64,000 bases of DNA, taken from positions 362,973-426,972 of the forward strand of contig CAVTRY010000022.1 in the NCBI GenBank assembly GCA_963737265.1. Direction: 5' to 3'. The notes beneath the pieces are model-generated. The model made no database searches and was not told the DNA's origin. It saw only the letters and a program-made list of their open reading frames with translations. Source of the stretch: an uncultured delta proteobacterium. GTDB lineage: Bacteria > Myxococcota_A > Polyangia > Fen-1088. The position numbers were made by a program, and so were the translations under genes. Within the stretch, counting starts at the first letter, position 1. Each line of letters starts with the position of its first letter. Below, one piece after another: positions 60,817 through 64,000 of the stretch.

Positions 60817-63800
60817 ATGTTGAGATGGCTCATCGACGCGTCCCTGCGGAACCGCTTTCTCGTACTGTTTCTCGCTGGGTTGGCCATCATTGCAGGCGGC
60901 TGGGCCGTGAGCCGCCTGCCTATCGACGCCGTTCCGGACATCACCAACAAGCAAGTTCAGATCAACACGGTCGTGCTGAGACTCGCGCCGGAAGAGGTCG
61001 AGGCGCAGGTGACGTTCCCGATCGAGACGGCCATTGCCGGGACTCCCGGGCTCGTCTCCACCCGCTCACTGTCGCGCAACGGCTTTAGCCAGGTGACCGC
61101 CATCTTCGACGATGACACCGACATCTATTTCGCCCGCCAGCAGTTGGGCGAGCGTCTGGGCGCGGCGCGGGAAACGCTGCCGGCCGGCGCCGAACCCATT
61201 CTAGGCCCGATCGCGACGGGCCTCGGGGAACTCTACTGGTGGACGCTATCCTATAACCCGACGCCGTCGAGCCCGCGGTCAGGAGAGCCTGGCTGGCAAT
61301 CGGACGGGTCTTATCTCACGCCGCAGGGCGAGGTTTTGGCAACGCCTCTGGAGCGGGCGACCTACTTGCGCACGCTCCAGGATTGGACGATCAAACCGCG
61401 GCTTTTGAACGTGCCGGGAGTCGCGGGCATCGATATCGCAGGAGGCTATGTCCGCCAGCTTGAGGTCCAGCCTGATCCAACCCGGCTCGTGGCGTACGGG
61501 ATCACGCTGGACGAACTGGCTGCCGCTATCGAGAGCAGCAACATCGGGACCAGCGCAGGCTTCATCGAAAGTCACGGCGCAGCGTATATCGCCCGAGCGG
61601 ACAGCCGCTTTCGCTCCACGGCGGATGTCGAACGAGCCATAGTGGCAACCCGCAATAGCATGCCCGTGACAGTTGCTGATCTCGCCCACGTTGTGCCCGG
61701 CGAGGAACAACGCATGGGAAGCGCCAGTGCCAACGGCGAAGAAGTGGTTCTGGGGATCGCCCTGATGCGTGTCGGCGGCAACAGCCGAACCGTCGCAGGC
61801 GCGGTCGGCGATAAGCTCCGGCAGGTCGCTGCAAGCCTGCCGCCTGACATCAAAGTGACCCCCGTGCTCGATCGAACCAAACTGGTCGATGCGACCATAC
61901 GTACGGTCGCGTCGAACCTCACCGAAGGAGCCCTACTGGTCATCGCCGTTCTCCTCCTGACGATCGGCAACGTCCGCGCGGCATTGGTGACTGCGCTGGT
62001 GATTCCCCTTTCGTTGCTGATGACCGCGACCGGCATGGTCGAGAGCGGCGTCAGCGCGAACCTCATGAGCCTTGGTGCACTCGACTTCGGGCTCATTGTC
62101 GATGGCACGATCATCATCGTCGAGAACTCGCTTCGGCATCTCCAGGAGGAACGGGTCCGTCTGGGCCGCACGCTCGACCTTCATGAGCGCCAGGAAGTAG
62201 TGGCGCGATCGACCTACGAGATGATCCGACCAACGGTTTATGGGCAGATCATCATCTGCATCGTCTATGTTCCGGTGATGTTGCTGACTGGCGTCGAAGG
62301 TAAGACATTCCACCCGATGGCGATCACGGTCATCTTCGCTCTCGCGTCCGCATTCGTGCTCTCCCTGACACTGATTCCAACACTCGTTTTGACTCTGATC
62401 ACGGGGCGCGGCGGCGGACAGCGTGAGGGTTTCCTCGTTGTGGTCGCGCGCCGACTCTATCCGCCATTGCTTGAGGATGCCTTCCGCCACAGATTTGTGG
62501 TTCTGCTCGCCGCCGGCGGGTTACTGGCAGTTTCCGTGCCCACCTACCTGGCGCTTGGGCAGGAATTCATCCCATCGCTCGATGAATTCGACATTGCGGC
62601 AGAGATCAACAAAATCACGAGCGCGAGCGGGCCGCAATCGACCCGAATGCAGCATGTGATCGAACACATGCTGTTGACGCTGCCGGAAGTCGCCTTCGTT
62701 GTGTCCAAGACCGGCACTGCCGAGTTGGCGACAGACCCCATGCCGCCCAGCAGCTCCGATGTCTACATCATCCTGAAGCCAAGGGGTGAGTGGCCACATC
62801 CGGAAGAGCCAAAGGCTTCCGTCTTGTCACGCGTCCAGGCGATAGTCGACCGCATTCCGGGAACGACGAAGGAGTTCTCGCAACCCATCGCGCTGCGCTT
62901 CAACGAGCTCATCGCCGGCGTCAAGAGCGATCTCGCCATCAAGATCTTCGGCGATGACTTGGCGACACTGCGCGATCTCGCCGACCAAATCGCGGTGGTG
63001 ATGGGCGGAGTTCGCGGAGCCGTCGACGTCAAAGTGGAGCAAACGACCGGACAGCCAGTGATGACGCTGCGTCCGGATCGAGATGCGCTGGCGCACTACG
63101 GCATCACGCCGAGCGAGATCCATGAGACCCTCACCGCCGCCATCAGAGGGCGGGTCATCGGGCAGATATACGAGGGCACGTTGCACTATCCCATCGTGCT
63201 GCGCTTCCCGGAGGCGTTTCGAACAAGTCCCAGCGCGCCAGAACAGCTGCCGGTTCCGCTCCCGGCATCTGCGGGAGGCTCCCGGCAGGTGCGCAATGCC
63301 TCTCTCGCGCCAGAAACGTCGCAGATCAGGCACTTCGTGCCTCTCTCGGATGTGGCTCGTCTGGAGATTGCGGATGCCGACGCCCAGATCAGCCGCGAGA
63401 ACGGAAAGCGTCGTGTCGTCGTGACCGCCAATATTCGCGGGCGCGATCTCGGTTCGACTGTCGAGGACGCGCGACGGCAGATCACGGACAAGGTCAAATT
63501 GCCGCCCGGTGTCTGGATCGAGTGGGGTGGGCAGATCGAGAATCTGCAATCGGCCCGGCAACGGCTCGTCTTGGTCGTACCTATCTGCTTTGGAGCCATC
63601 CTCGCGCTGCTTTACGGCGCCGTCGGATCACTCCGCCAGGCACTCATCATCTTCACCGGCGTGCCTTTTGGGCTCACCGGTGGAGTATTCTCGCTCTGGG
63701 GCGTTGGCATGCCGTTCTCGATCTCCGCCGCGGTGGGCTTCATCGCCCTGTCCGGCGTCGCGGTCTTGAACGGTCTCGTGCTCGCCAATTCGATCAACGG

Positions 63801-64000
63801 CCTTGTCATAAACGGAATGGAGGCGGGCGAAGCATGCCGCCAGGGCGCCCTTGCTCGGCTTCGTCCCGTGATCATGACCGCACTCGTGGCCTCGCTCGGT
63901 TTCGTGCCGATGGCAGTGGCCACCGGCGCCGGCTCCGAAGTGCAACGGCCGTTGGCGCTGGTGGTCATCGGCGGCGTCATCACGAGCACTGCGTTGACGC
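60817..64000 (+). CDS. czcA: CusA/CzcA heavy-metal RND permease, 3' partial (missing from ORF track)
   Basis: GGGAGG RBS; MLRWLIDASLRNR...LPIDAVPDITN.QVQINT, ANLMSLGALDFGLIVDG, RLRPVIMTALVASLGFVPMA...GSEVQRPLA; in frame at window end. Confidence 0.95.
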   Translation, partial: MLRWLIDASLRNRFLVLFLAGLAIIAGGWAVSRLPIDAVPDITNKQVQINTVVLRLAPEEVEAQVTFPIETAIAGTPGLVSTRSLSRNGFSQVTAIFDDDTDIYFARQQLGERLGAARETLPAGAEPILGPIATGLGELYWWTLSYNPTPSSPRSGEPGWQSDGSYLTPQGEVLATPLERATYLRTLQDWTIKPRLLNVPGVAGIDIAGGYVRQLEVQPDPTRLVAYGITLDELAAAIESSNIGTSAGFIESHGAAYIARADSRFRSTADVERAIVATRNSMPVTVADLAHVVPGEEQRMGSASANGEEVVLGIALMRVGGNSRTVAGAVGDKLRQVAASLPPDIKVTPVLDRTKLVDATIRTVASNLTEGALLVIAVLLLTIGNVRAALVTALVIPLSLLMTATGMVESGVSANLMSLGALDFGLIVDGTIIIVENSLRHLQEERVRLGRTLDLHERQEVVARSTYEMIRPTVYGQIIICIVYVPVMLLTGVEGKTFHPMAITVIFALASAFVLSLTLIPTLVLTLITGRGGGQREGFLVVVARRLYPPLLEDAFRHRFVVLLAAGGLLAVSVPTYLALGQEFIPSLDEFDIAAEINKITSASGPQSTRMQHVIEHMLLTLPEVAFVVSKTGTAELATDPMPPSSSDVYIILKPRGEWPHPEEPKASVLSRVQAIVDRIPGTTKEFSQPIALRFNELIAGVKSDLAIKIFGDDLATLRDLADQIAVVMGGVRGAVDVKVEQTTGQPVMTLRPDRDALAHYGITPSEIHETLTAAIRGRVIGQIYEGTLHYPIVLRFPEAFRTSPSAPEQLPVPLPASAGGSRQVRNASLAPETSQIRHFVPLSDVARLEIADADAQISRENGKRRVVVTANIRGRDLGSTVEDARRQITDKVKLPPGVWIEWGGQIENLQSARQRLVLVVPICFGAILALLYGAVGSLRQALIIFTGVPFGLTGGVFSLWGVGMPFSISAAVGFIALSGVAVLNGLVLANSINGLVINGMEAGEACRQGALARLRPVIMTALVASLGFVPMAVATGAGSEVQRPLALVVIGGVITSTALT

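Noticed and set aside
57657-64000. ArsR + czcCBA as a novel system
   Set aside because: Ordinary heavy-metal RND efflux locus; no clear ArsR operator palindrome could be identified.
1-64000. tRNA, rRNA, integrase or att sites
   Set aside because: None recognised by inspection; tRNAscan-SE/Infernal would be needed to exclude small RNAs.

Overview
The window is a mosaic of at least five unrelated segments joined in mid-gene or intergenically, with frequent single-base frameshifts typical of noisy long-read data. (1) ~1-7600 looks myxobacterial: MBL-fold hydrolase, ArnT/PMT-like glycosyltransferase, PilZ protein, CPBP (myxosortase-like) protease and a large Ig-repeat lipoprotein. (2) ~7600-22726 looks acidobacterial: secreted hypotheticals, a degenerate ECF-sigma-like protein, ppk2-sulP, phosphoketolase, a glgP remnant and truncated glgX, with six sigma54-type promoters. 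(3) ~22727-49910 is a conjugative element (ICE or plasmid): VirB4, VirB6 fragment, VirB9-like, VirD4, replication-relaxation relaxase, candidate oriT, AEP primase, SSB, Rad52-like annealase, HipA-like kinase, DNA methylase, SF2 helicase and OLD nuclease, with antisense cargo including a TIR-TM-15xWD40 receptor-like protein. (4) ~49911-50500 is a high-GC peroxiredoxin fragment. (5) ~50500-64000 looks alphaproteobacterial: MASE4 histidine kinase, two CutF/CruR-like leader ORFs, DsbD-N, cytochrome c, ArsR and czcCBA. The most notable observation is a frameshift-hidden fragment inside the T4SS cluster (24470-25105) that carries a double-psi-beta-barrel RNA-polymerase-type active-site signature (LH-x9-DFDFD ... 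IG-x-I ... LQNALDQLKHG). This suggests a conjugative element encoding its own single-subunit two-barrel polymerase. Taxonomic and family assignments are from motif recognition only; no searches were run.
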